Source: Podarcis bocagei
Taxonomy: Eukaryota
Length of the DNA: 64,000 nucleotides
Strand: one strand, 5' to 3'
Assembly: GCA_964188305.1 (NCBI GenBank)
Contig: OZ076886.1
In this document: in pieces, positions 1 to 12,124 of the stretch
Layout of the letters: the number at the start of each line of letters is the position of its first letter
Numbering within the stretch: position 1 is the stretch's first letter
Translations under genes and position numbers: made by a program
The notes under the pieces: model-generated
What the model was told of the DNA's origin: nothing
Databases searched by the model: none
What the model saw: only the letters and a program-made list of their open reading frames with translations

Positions 1-135
1 GCCCCACACCCCAAGGTCATGCGTGCAGGCAGCTGAGACTGCCTGCGGGCGGGGAGTGTGCTCCGCACCCAGAGATCATCCCTACAAAATCTATCCCCAT
101 GTCTATTCTGGCTGCACTGTTACTGGATCAAATAA

Positions 136-366
136 TGTCTGGAGGTTCTAACAGGGGAGTGCAGCTACCATATACCCTTGACCGAAGAATGGTACACTCC
201 TTCTACCTGGGATGGTTGTCCTCTTCCTCCAAGCACGCAGCTTCGGGAGAGATGCACATGGAGTGGTGAAGGAGGAAAGGGACACCCTCCTAGCCAGCCA
301 GATCAGCCGAATGAACCCTGGCGATCAATGGGTGACAGATGTCGCAGCCAGATCTCCCTCACATCC
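136..366 (-). pseudogene. RN7SK: 3'-truncated 7SK snRNA retrocopy (about nt 1-230 of 7SK)
   Basis: Reverse complement reads GGATGTGAGGGAGATCTGGCTGCGACATCTGTCACCCATTGATCGCCAGGGTT...GGTCAAGGGTATATGGTAGCTGCACTCCCCTGTTAGAACCTCCAGACA, i.e. vertebrate 7SK from its exact 5' end. It lacks the 3' hairpin and U-tail, shows CpG decay, and is flanked by a 16-bp direct repeat (124-139 / 367-382, 2 mismatches). Confidence 0.93.
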
Positions 367-699
367 TGGACCTAATAATGTCATCAACAACATGAGGCAT
401 TCATTCACCTGCACATTTCCCCATGCAATGTGCAATGTCACAAGTGGCATTTTCCAAAGCAAAGCAAAAATTAACATTAAAATGCAGATCTCTGTCCCAA
501 GAAGCTTAAATTTTAACATTATGGGAAACTGTAAATAAAAGAAGGGAAGGGCCAGGATAACAAGAGATGATGGGATCAGCAGTGTCAGGGGGTTTCTCAG
601 AATGTTTCCTGGTCAGTATGTGTATGTACATCACACATACACACTCATACTGCCTATGTGCCTCTTGGCAGGAGCTAATCTTCATGTTAGCATCTGCTG

Positions 700-900
700 G
701 CAGCTCCATGTGAAGCTGACACCTGTCACAGAGCTATCAGTGGCAGCTTCCTAAACAGGCCTCTCCTTAAACCCTTTCAGCTTTATGGCAAATGAAATGA
801 GGCCTCCCTCGCTTATCTCCCAGCTCTGGTGAAGGGGGGAGGGGAATTTGAGGTGTGGGAAGGTGGCCTTATCATATGGAGTGACAAACAGCATTGACTA
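700..900. promoter_or_regulatory. Candidate cardiac enhancer (MEIS/TBX/GATA motif cluster)
   Basis: TGACACCTGTCA 717-728, CTTATCT 812-818, AGGTGTG 851-857, CTTATCA 868-874; motif evidence only. Confidence 0.3.
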
Positions 901-1934
901 AACAAGCTACTGGGATGAGGACGAGGGGTGGGGGATTGAGCTGGGGACTAAATAGGGAAATCCCTCCCCAGCAAGTCTGAGTCCATGCCAGACCTCCACC
1001 TTGCAATCTACAAAATCATTTCCTCTCAAATGCTGGGCAGGTTCTTCTTCACCTGCTGGTTCACATTCCAACTTAAGCCGTCATATATTTCCCTTTCCGT
1101 TTCCTCAGCACAGAATAGCCTCTGCTTCTCCTCCTTGTCCCATTGTTCCCCATTCTTCTCTCATATGCTCAATTTTTGGTTGCAGGACACCTTTTCTATC
1201 TTGTTCCTGTGTTGATAAACCTTTCCAGCCTACGCTAGGTGGTGTCGGGCCATTAGCACTGTTAATTGCACACCAGTGGTTTTGTCCTGTTCCCTGAATT
1301 ACTTACTAGGCCATTTCAAATTAAAGCTAGTTCTCATCACAAAATGAGCTGTAGAATCCTCCCATTCCAGCACCTAGCAAAATGTGACCCAGTCCTAGTT
1401 GGAATCTTCTTCATGCTCCTGAAATGCTCTAAATGTTTGAGGAGCAACACTTTGATTTTTCTTCTGTTCAATATGCTTTACCTTCTGTCACTCCACAGCA
1501 TTGTTCTCCATTCAGTTTCTATAAATCCCTCATCCCCTTCAGTGTGCTCTAGTAAGTGCAATGCCAGCTAAAAGGAGCAGAATATGTAGCTACGATTACT
1601 CTTTAAGGGTTGCCCCACACAGAATTTGTGTGTAGCTGAAGGGTAGATGTTATCATTCATCATTACATCTCCTAAGGAGATACTGTGCTCCATCGAACAG
1701 CCAAGAGGAAAAGCTGGTTTAGGAAATGTGCAAAAGTTTGGAAGGATTTGGTGTACATGTAGACCAGAGATGCTGGTGAAGATCTCCAAGCTTTTTTTAA
1801 AAAAAAGATGCCAAGGGTTTCCCATTTCCCTTTGAGAATGGCACATATGCACAAGCTGCTTTTTGTGAGCCCAGGTACAGTGAGCTTAAGACAGTTGTGG
1901 GTTAGATATGAGAGATGCAATAAAGACAGCACGA

Positions 1935-2560
1935 TATCTTGGGACTGAAATGGCCACAACTTTATTGATTGCAGATTTCAGCAGGTTTTGGTGTAGGCAC
2001 TGGGTGTGTATCCTAAAACAACCAGTCTGTCTATTGACAGACCCAGACGCAGCACCCACTTCCCTGAGAGCCAAGCTACTAAGGGTGAAATGAAGGGACA
2101 CAACAACATTTTGGGATTAAAAATGGCCACAGCTTTATCGACTTCAGGAGTAGGCAAACCTTGGCATAGGCATTGGGCATGTATCCCTCTCAGCCCCCTG
2201 CTGGGGGTCTGAGGTATGACAGGGTCAGATGGAGGGGAAATGGGGCCATCGCAAAACACAGGTTTACACAGATTGTCCCCTCCCCAGGCGCTGGGGGAAG
2301 CTCTGTGGCCCTCTGCCACACGCACATGTCTTTATGGATAGAGACTTCCTTCAGGACTTATAGGGTACCCTGTTATCACCGCTGCAAGAAGCGGGCGAGT
2401 CACCCCTTCAGCAGATGTAAGACTAAAGGATTCTGCCCAAGGCCTAAACCGCCAAAGTTGTGACTATTGCTATGGGGAAGGCAAAACCTGGTACTCAGGG
2501 AAAATTCCTTCCCGGCTCAGAAAACAGCAGCCATTATAAAACCATAGCAATCCCCACAGA
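1935..2560 (-). mobile_element. Degraded transposon remnant, possibly DIRS/Ngaro-like
   Basis: Duplicated ~32-bp motif (1939-1970 and 2111-2143; on - strand (A/G)ATAAAG(T/C)TGTGGCCATTT...CCCAA) in a GC-richer block; family assignment tentative. Confidence 0.3.
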
Positions 2561-3129
2561 CCTGGAAAGGAAAAGTTAGACTGCAAAAAGATTAGAGGGT
2601 GGGCTGGGTGGGTGGTGTTCTGGGCCGACCACACTGTGGAGAGCAGGGCTTAAGAGCACAGGTAGTGAACCGGCCATTTTCTTCAGGATGCCATTTTGGG
2701 GAGTTCTGAAGCCAGTTAGCTCCCATCTGAACATTCAGACAGACTTCACATCTGGCTGCAAGTGCAGTTAATTTAAATTAAACAGAGGCAGACCCAATTA
2801 AAGTCACTCAGGATAGGCTCTACTCAGGTTCGCCATGTGAGTCCTGTCCCTTCCAACTCGCCTGCAGTAGGTCGACTTGAATTCAACATTGCGGACAAGC
2901 CCGTCAACCCACGTAGCCACCAGAGGAGTTTCCTTGTATGCTGGCCACACAGGAACAGGCAGCTCCACCACCACCCACACTTGCCTGCAGCTGCAATGGG
3001 CCACAACAGCCACCTCCACAGAAACAGTAAGCGGGCTTTCTCAGTATAGGAAAAACTTGCCCCCTGCCCTCCTGTGGATTGCTGCCCATGTTGTCTTTCA
3101 AGGTGGACTGCTCCTTCACAACTACATTT

Positions 3130-3171
3130 GGAAGGAAGGAAGGAAGGAAGTTGGTTGGTTGGTTGGTTGGT
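3130..3171. repeat. Compound microsatellite (GGAA)n(GTTG)n
   Basis: Directly visible. Confidence 0.9.
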
Positions 3172-3479
3172 TTAGGCAATTCAGTGTTATGTGTAGTTTG
3201 GCCCTTGTCTCTCAAAACTGCTCCTATCACTACAGGAAGTAGCCTTTTGGAAGCATCTTAAATAGACACACACTTCTGTTATCCTGTCTTTTTGGGAAAG
3301 CTATGAATGGGGTGGGTGAGGGACTGGAATGAGTGTTTGACTAGTGGGTGGATGGGGGATGTCAGTCAGTCCTTAATGAGTTCATGCTAAACCAACAATG
3401 AAACAAGTGTCATGTATCTTTCTTTTCTTTTTTAAGTTTCCAAATGTCACTTCCAGTTCAGCCGATCTAGGCTTTTAAA

Positions 3480-3800
3480 AGAATTCCCACCAAATTTTAC
3501 GTCAGCTATTTTAAGGAATGGTTTAAAATTAAAATCCTTTTACTAAGTTTAGACTTGAGTTTCCCGAGAGACTTGCTGTGTTTAAAAAAACTCTTTTGCC
3601 ATTTCAAAAAGTTCAAAAAAACATTCCAGAAGGGATCTTTAAAAAGACATCCTTGTAACAAGCCTGGTCTCTGGGCTTCTGTAAGGCTGTCTTGCATTTT
3701 AATACCCGACATTTGTTTCTCATTTAGTTGCAAAACAGGCGCTAAAATGTAATTCTCATAATTAAATGTAATTAAGTGACACTACTGAGTAATTTACGGA
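3480..3800. promoter_or_regulatory. Candidate upstream MYOCD muscle enhancer (CRE-MEF2-TEAD, TEAD, NKX2-5 motifs)
   Basis: TTACGTCA 3497-3504, CTATTTTAAG 3506-3515 (near-consensus MEF2), GGAATG 3515-3520, ACATTCCA 3621-3628, TTAAGTG 3772-3778. Confidence 0.45.
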
Positions 3801-4600
3801 GTGCAGTGAAGGAATAACTTTCAGTTATGTAACTCAAAGACCATAACTCAGGCTTTTGGACTAGAGACACTCTTTTGTATAGCTTGTTTTTCTAATGATT
3901 GCTTCATACATGACATTTTCCTCCTGTATAAAAAGAACCTCTGCATTTAAAAAATGTGTACAATGGAATCTGAAGCTGCATTATTTTCAGTCAGTGCTGA
4001 TGACTCTGACTGGCAGAAGCTTTCTATGGTTCCTACATTGACCTGGGGTACATCCCCAATTATGTTTATTTTGCCCTAAGTACATAGATTAATGAGGTAC
4101 AACAAAAACAACAACAACAACCCTGACTGCCTTTTTGAAAAACGGACAGGAAGAGGGTGAAAAAGATTATTCCTCCCCCACATGATCACTGCTTCTCTAC
4201 TTCCTTTGTATGCTCCTGGGGCCTATCTGAACTAAAAATGTAGTAGTATTATACCAGTTTAAATGTCAAGGCCACCTGGGAATTGTAGTTTGAGGAGTGT
4301 GTGAGAAATCTTTGTTAGAGTTCTTACAGAACTACAGTTTCCAGGGTTCCCTGTGGAGAGGGAATTAATTAAATGTATTTAAGGTTGAAATACTAAACAC
4401 ACTTACGGATAAAACAGGACTTAATTTTGAATGAACATGGATAGTATCATCATCTCTCTTAGTGATCTAGAAAAATTTAGCCATTTCAGGGATAGAGACA
4501 ATAAGGCATTCTTCTGCCTTCATGACATTTGCAGACACCGCCACTGTGTGTGTGAGTAGCTGAAAGATTAATTGTCTCTAATCACATTTATATTTATATT

Positions 4601-4682
4601 TTATATTATATTATATTATATTATATTATATTATATTATATTATATTATATTATATTATATTATATTATATTATTATATTAT
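4601..4682. repeat. (ATATT)n microsatellite
   Basis: Directly visible. Confidence 0.95.
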
Positions 4683-4894
4683 GTATTTATATCCCATCTT
4701 TCTTCCAAGCTGGGATTCAAGGCAACTTACATTTTAAAAACAAAGTAGTTAAAGGAAACTAGTTAAAAACAATAGTTGAAATGCAATAAAACATATTGAG
4801 AATCATCATTAAAGTACTAATTGCTCTTGACATCAGCCAGTGGTCAGCACTGTCTTCACCTAGTTTCCATGGTGGGACTCTACCTTGATTTAAA

Positions 4895-5300
4895 GAGAGC
4901 AGATCTTCCACGGTTGCACATGTCCTGGTAACATCTAGACTGGATAATGTACTCTGTGTGCATGTAAAATGTCAGCTTGTTCATAATGCAGCTGCTTGGA
5001 TGCTTGTTGGGGCTAAGCAGTTGTAATACACAACCTCTATAGTATGCCAGTTGTGATGGCTATGATTTCATCTCCAGGTCCAATTTAAGGTGTTGGTATT
5101 GACATCTAAAGCTATAAATAGTTAGTGACCAGGCTATTTGAAGGATTGCCTGCAGCCATATGAACTTGCCTAGTCTTTAAGATCAGCTCCAGATTGTTGA
5201 GAGTCCAGATTGAGAGTCCACCATCAGTGCTCATCATATTGGCAGTGACAGGACCTTTTTGGTGGTGGCTCCCTGTCTGTGGGACATCCTCTCAAAGAGT
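4895..5300 (+). mobile_element. L2-type LINE ORF2 3' fragment
   Basis: Degenerate codons for LVTSRLD...NAAA..L...QFKVLVLT.KA...PGYLKDCL.PY; ends with the typical CAGGACCTTTTTGGTGGTGGCTCCC. Confidence 0.75.
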
Positions 5301-5436
5301 TCACATATGACTGCATTTTAATTAGGTATTTTTCTCCTTCATTTTTATTAGTTTTTAAACAGACTTTGAAACTTTTAAATCTTAATCTTTTTATTAAGAG
5401 TACTGTGACTCTTTGCTGCTGCTGTTAGTTTAGTAT

Positions 5437-5467
<31 letters not shown>

Positions 5468-7078
5468 TATGTATATGCCCTGAAAAGTGGCATGTAAATA
5501 CTGCAAATGAACAAGGATATGCACTATCACCAACCATTATTTAAGTATTCATGCCTCCCACCAGTGCACACATGCTGATATCTCACACAAGTACATTGAC
5601 TTGGTGGCTAATGTGTAAATTTATCTGGGTTTTTTTAAACTCTTACAACAGAAAGCAAAGGAGTGGAAGTCTGTCCCAGATTGGAACAGCAACAGGGGAC
5701 GGTTTTAGAAACCCCTTTCTCTCGTCACGCTATTGTCCTGTCAAAAATCTACCCCTGATTTAAAAAACAAAAGGGCTTGCCCCTGCCTCCCCCCTATTTT
5801 CCTCCATTGTACAACAATTGCTTTGATGCTCCATGGCTTGACACACTTCTGGGCAAGGAAAAAGCAGTAGCCATCAATGTTTCTCTAAGACTCTGTATAC
5901 ATTACTGGCTTAAAATGCTTCTGGGTTGTTCTTTTCCCCAATTCAGATCAAAGAAATGCACTGGATGCAGAATAAACAATAGTATGTACACAGCCTTCTT
6001 TGCTGTTGGGGTGGGGGATAGATCTCAATGTGTGTGTGTGTGTGTGTGTGCATGTGCGTGCGTGCGTGCACACACATGCACCGGCATAGCATTTTCCATG
6101 CTGCTTTCTATGCCAGCCTCTGGCTACTGCCCCTCCTGTGAACCTAATCTTCTGTAGTCTTGTTTGGCTTTCTACTCTTTCTTCAGCTCTAAGCCAGGTT
6201 CTTGACAATTCAGCACCAGAATTGTGCCCAATGGACCACTTCCAAAAACTAAACATTTCCTCTCTTTTCTACCTCTGTATGTCTTCATGCGGGGGGGGGG
6301 GGACACTTCATGGTTGTTGTTTTTAAAGAAACAAAGTGTACAATAGCATATAGTTTTGTTAAGAGACTTGCAGGAAGCTTTCAAATAACTCTATAGTTTA
6401 GGATAATGAAATTACATGCACTGCATGGAAAGCCATCCAATAGTTTCTCCAGTCCTCTCTCTCTCCTCCCTCTCAAAACTCACTCTTTGTTCTTTGTTTT
6501 TGTTTTTATTTAATATTTTATTTTCTGTTATCTACTTCCTCAGTTGTGGAACAAAACAAAAAAGTTGCCTTCAGGAATCGCCTATTCAGCACATTCTACA
6601 ACTTTGAAAATCATTAGTATTCACTGTCAAATTTTCTGTTGGAGCTAACTAAAATTATTTAGCTGTTCAGATATGGTACAATTGCTTATTGAAACAGAGG
6701 TTGATTCCAAAGGCTAATTCTTTGAATAGTCATCATATAAATAAAATGTATGGTCACTTAAGTTGCACAAAATTTCTCAGTTCCACAAACACCTCTTGTT
6801 TACTGTATCGACTTCTCTCGCTGTGAAAGTCCTCCCAAGAGGCCTCGTCAAGAATTATCCTCTTGCTAATGGTTTGCTGTATGAAAGCTTGAAAGTATGA
6901 TGTCATCTAAGTTTTCATGATGTCATCGAAGTTTTGGAATCCACTTGTTGGCAAGGGAGCTTAGCAGGTAGTGCAAATTGAATAGTTCCTTTATGTAATA
7001 CAATTAACTCCCTTGCTGGATTAGTCCAAGGGCTGTCTTCTCTAGTATTGTGTTTCTAGCAATGGCCAGCCAGATGGT

Positions 7079-7117
7079 GATGGATGGATGGATGGATGGA
7101 TGGATGGATGGATGGAT
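7079..7117. repeat. (GGAT)n microsatellite next to a LINE 3' tail
   Basis: Directly visible; followed by tttatataccgccctata. Confidence 0.85.
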
Positions 7118-8099
7118 TTGTTTGTTTGTTTATTGAATTTATATACCGCCCTATACCCGCAGGTCTCTATTAAATTTGTATGGGGGTGGTGGAAATTCCT
7201 TGCTATGTACAACTAGGCACATAGGTGTGATCCAAGGAGTTATATGTGCCTGCTGCCTAGGTATGTTCACCTCTATTTCTTTAACCCTTCCTGCTGTCCC
7301 ACAAGCTGGTTTTGAAACTCCCTTCAGTTTCAGAAGCAATTTGCCACACAATGTGGTGAGCTGCAGTTGAACAAACACAAATCCCAATCACCCTACACTT
7401 CTTTGGATCCAGGCCATGAGCATATTCAAGACATGGGAATGCACTCCTAAGAAAACTAGGGAAAAGCGATATGTGCAGGGAATATTTCACAGTATAAAAG
7501 TCTTATACAATAATACGTGATTAGAAGCCTTACCTTTTAAAAATTAGATTTAAAACAAAACAGCCTCATTAATGCCACCTTCACCTCTTTGGAGGAAAGG
7601 TGGGATATAAATGTAATAAATATATAACACCTATTGGACTATCTGGGTAACTGGGAACTTCGTTTTCCTGGGTAGGAATACATACATACAAACATATCAT
7701 TCTTACATAAATTGTAACATACATACATTGTTACATACATGCATATCATGGTTACAAATGTAGAATCTATGCCCATGTTAAGCTGAATGTGTTGAGGTCA
7801 GGAAAAAAGAAGACATGGATGCTCATGCTCCCCAACCTTCCTCACATTCAGTGGGTCGTATCCAGTTGTGTCCCTCATGTTGATGGAACACTTGCATTTT
7901 GGCAATTTCTGCTCCACATGTAGCCCCTTGCACACTCCATAATCTGCTCTGGAGAACTGAGTAGTCACCAACAACTCAGGCATGGTAAAACTTAACTCAA
8001 GCCCTTATTCTAAGAGGTTTCATCAAGCACCTTACACTGTCAATTCAAGAGACACCATTGGAGATACAACCCCACAGAACATGAAAATTGTCCTGGAAA

Positions 8100-8220
8100 G
8101 GGCCAAGCCAACATGGTGCCCTCCAGATATTGTGGACTACAATTCCCATCAGTCCAAGGCAGCATGACCAATGGTTAGGGAAGTTGTCTGGAAAGCATGA
8201 CATTGGCCATCCCTGCCTTG
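8100..8220. mobile_element. Short palindromic squamate MITE (GGACTACAATTCCCATC family); related copies ~9950-10075, 38085-38185, 42845-42960, 44470-44560, 52730-52840
   Basis: Shared core ccctccagat..ggactacaa(t/c)tcccatc...gggagttgtagtc recurs in several copies. Confidence 0.7.
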
Positions 8221-11200
8221 CAGGGATATAGGGACATATACTTGCTGCAGAGTACATTCTAGCTAACAGGAGCAGTATTCAAACGAAATCTTGAGATGAA
8301 TTTGCCAATTGTGGAAGCAGAATCTTTTGGAGAATGTTGAATTTGAGCCATTGGACATTAGCATTTTCAACAGTTGAAATTTAGCAGAAGTATGGGATTT
8401 TGACTTCCTGTTTGCCTTCATACCTGCCTCCACATGGTTACATTGTGTGTGCATAGAGGTAAGAGCTCCTAATGAAGAAAGAACAAAGCTGAAAGTGTCT
8501 GTAGAAGCTTAGCCTGGAATAATTTTTCCTTCTCTAAATGCAGAGTCAGGACAGAAAGATAAACCCAAGTAAAGCTCCCGTTGATTTCAAACCTGAATGG
8601 CCAAGAATGCGGTGAATGACTTCCCCTGGGTTATCTCAGGTTTCTGGTGTTGACAGTAGCCGTAGTTTCTTGCTATCGCTAGAAATGGTGCCCGGAATCT
8701 CTTGGCAGTAGGAAGGTGCAAAGATCAATGCTGGTAACCTTTCTAATTTTGATGGGAATGCTAGATACTTGATCCCATTTTACTGCTGAAAGAGCAAGCG
8801 GTTCACCAACTTTGCTCTGTAAATTGGGATAGAGAAAGTGTGGGAGGGGCGCTGGACAAGCAGCCACCATGTACTCTGCTGGGAAAACGAGAGCCTTGGA
8901 AGCCTTATCTTTTAAACAATAAACATCAAAAATCTGTGCAGTAGATGAGAAGCAGATATGGGTGTGGGAAAAGAATTCCCCCAGAGACCTAATTTATTGG
9001 GCAATCTCCATTGAAGTGAGGAGCAAAGATTCTGAGAGGAACAGGAGGCTGAGATGCTTTTTGAGCAAGCAAAGCTGCAAGGTTATAAAACATGTTTTCA
9101 ACTTGACTTTTATGGAGATCCATGATATCCCAGGGAACTAGTGACTTCAGCATTTGTCCATGGGGAGCATGGGAAAGATGCATACAGATTAGCTTTGCAA
9201 TCAGTGTGTCAATTTGCCTGATAATTCTGCTTCCATCATCCGTTGCTCTTGCATGCAGAATTTGCCTTAACCGAGCCTTCCGATATTAATTTTGAGTGGT
9301 GCTTGAATTTTGATGGGCAAATTGCGGACTCTTTCCCCTGCCCACTGTACTTTGCTCCTGTGTGAAAAAAAACAGAAGGGGGTCTCCTCTTACAGGTTTT
9401 GTCTCATTTTGCACAGTCATCAAATGCATTTCAGCATTGTAACAGAAGCACAGGATTCCTCCAGCTATAAGAATAAATATACCCTGTCTAGTGGACAGAT
9501 TGGAAGGAGTGTTGAATGTCCCAAGATTTAAAGCTATTATAAGAGAAGCAAAACACTCAAAAAACAAAGAAAAAACACTTTCATTGAAGTGAAGCAGAGG
9601 AGCTTTTTCAACACAGCAGGAGAATCCTGCTAGGTAGACTAACTTGGTGACTCAGGGTTCTGACAGATAAAGAAAACAAGTTTGAGATGGCAAGCATCCT
9701 CTTTAAAAAGTATGGCTTTGTCTGTCTCATGCAGGCAGAATACCCCTTTTAAGCAAATAGCCACCACAGCACATGTGTGCATCATCATAAAACAAAGAAA
9801 GTATGCTTCTTGCCTCAGAACTGTTATTTTTGCCCACGTGCACATTTATGGATTAAATATGAATGAATTTAATTTATCATCTGAAAATTCTATGATTTAA
9901 TGTTATTCAATTAGGTAACAGTTCTACTCTGTATATTTATGACAAACTGTTTAGGGCAGCCATTATGGTGTTGTTGGATGGCAACTCCCACCATCCCTGA
10001 CCATTGGCCATGCTGGCTGAGGCTGATAGAAATTGTAGTTCACCCACATCAGGAGGCCATTATGTTTGTTAGCCTTGGTTTTAAGGGCTCAAGGGTTGGT
10101 AATCAGAGCAGCATTTTGACCTAAATATCCTTGAAAAAGCTTCTTCTGTCCAAACAGAAACATAGTAGTGGAAAAGTCAGCTTTAGTGTTTGCTCTAGGG
10201 AAGAAGAGAAATTTATGATGTGGGACAAAATTGTATCAAGAAAACTGGACAATAAAAGGTCACGATACTGTATATATCCCCAGAAAGCTCCTGCTGATTA
10301 CCGTCTCAATACCCACAAAAACATGTATCTCCCACTTTGGCTAGCAGTGAGAGAAATCATTTGCCGGCTAGATTTGGGCATTGAATCCCAGAGAGTGTGA
10401 GATCCTTAATCTATGCCCCCTTCTTCAGGAAACATGCCAGACTATTATGACCACAAAGCCGCAGTGAGATAATGCATCTTATCTGCCTGAGCAAATTTTA
10501 ATGTGGTCCTCTTGATTAGTGTTTAGAAACCAAGCAAACAATTGATTTAAAATAATTGGTAAATTATGATTAAATAAAAATGTTTATACCAAGGAGTTTG
10601 TCATTGATATGATAAAATAAATATTTGCAGAAGGAACTTTTCCTTGGCCCAGAGCCTGGTCCATGAGCTTTGTGAGATTGACCGTGGTCTCATTTTAATA
10701 AAGACCAGAAGGCTTTCCAAGAAAATATAGTGCCTCCTTCCATTTAGCCAACCAACGTATATCAAGACCTTTGTCCATTTCCCTAATATACAATGGCACG
10801 GGTCATCCTTTGGGTCATTCTGGTAATGCCTGTCATTTATCCTTCAAAATTCGCTGAAACTATATTACAAGTTAATAAAAGAAGACAGTTTAGTGTTTGG
10901 GTCTGGTATAAACACAAACTGAAACACTGAATACCACTCAAGCATTACTTCCAGAAGGCAGACATGGGATATGAGAGGGACTTGTGAGCTCACCATAAAC
11001 ATATATAAGTTTTACACCTGTTTCACTATTAGGGTAGCTACCTCCACCCCCAAAATAAAGCTTAGTTCTTATAGTTGTTCTGAGAATTTTCTTAAGATAA
11101 TGATTCATAGCTACACTTCCCAGGGTTCCCTGGGGGAAAGGAATGACTATAAACCAGTTTAAGTCTGTGGTGTAGACATGCCCCACGTTTAGGTTTCATT

Positions 11201-11360
11201 TACTCTGGGCCTGCCTTTCAGTTGCGTATCCACATGCAGAACCATCTAGCTGCTCACTGTGGCTTGTTTTGGCTGACCATCTCTGTAGCAACCTCCTCTC
11301 TCTTTCTGTTAGGCGTATTGCTCCCCCAGCACCCTTCCCATGCTTCTACCACATGTAAAG

Positions 11361-11540
11361 CAGTGGCGTAGCGTGGGGGGTGCAGGGGGGGCCGGCCGCA
11401 CCGGGCACAACATCTGGGGGTTAGGGAAATCCACGGGTTAGGGGGCGTAAATCCATGGGTTAGGGGGCACAAATCCATGGGTTAGGGGGCGCAAATTACT
11501 TGCCTTGCCCCGGGTGCTGATAATCCACGCTACGCCACTG
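11361..11540. mobile_element. 180-bp hAT-type MITE with internal GGGTTAGGG tandem repeats
   Basis: Perfect 16-bp TIR CAGTGGCGTAGCGTGG; perfect 8-bp TSD ATGTAAAG (11353-11360 / 11541-11548). Confidence 0.92.
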
Positions 11541-11559
11541 ATGTAAAGTACAGTACATA

Positions 11560-11770
11560 TGAGGAGGTTTAACCAGCTGTGGACCCTTTTGCATAGAGAT
11601 GACTTGGCCTCTTTGCTCCACGTTTTGGTAACCTCCACATCAAACTATTGCAGTGCATCCTATGTAGGACTGCTGTTGAAAACACTTTAGAAGCCTCAAC
11701 GGTACAGAATGCAGCAGCCAGGTAATGACTGCAAGAACACACATAACACCTGTTCTGAAGCAGCTGCACA
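11560..11770 (+). mobile_element. L2-type LINE fragment
   Basis: Degenerate LVTS..NYC.A.YVGL.LKT..K.Q.VQNAAAR coding remnant. Confidence 0.7.
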
Positions 11771-11784
11771 TCTTTGTTTAACTA

Positions 11785-12010
11785 CAGTGGTACCTCGGGT
11801 TACATACGCTTCAGGTTACAGACTCTGCTAACCCAGAAATAGCACCTCAGGTTAAGAACTTTGCTTCAGGATGAGAACAGAAATCGTGCTCCGGCGGTGT
11901 GGCAGCAGCAGGAGGCCCCATTAGCTAAAGTGGTGCTTCAGGTTAAGAACAGTTTCAGGTTAAGAACAGACCTTCGGAACGAATTAAGTACTTAACCCAA
12001 GGTACCACTG
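11785..12010. mobile_element. Tc1/mariner (Tigger-like) MITE
   Basis: TIR CAGTGGTACCT(C/T)GGGTTA, TA TSD on both sides. Confidence 0.9.
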
Positions 12011-12124
12011 TATTTTGATTGGGAGGTTGCTTTGCTCTTGCACAATGCATAATACTGTGGACCAAACTGAAGCTGGATATTTTACTCCTGCTGGTTCTCC
12101 AAGGAGCTCAGCATGACACATACT

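Noticed and set aside
136-366. Functional 7SK gene
   Set aside because: Missing about 100 nt of the 3' end and the terminator; CpG decay; TSD present; no upstream TATA
178-538. ORFs of 65-108 aa at the window start
   Set aside because: They are antisense readings of the 7SK retrocopy
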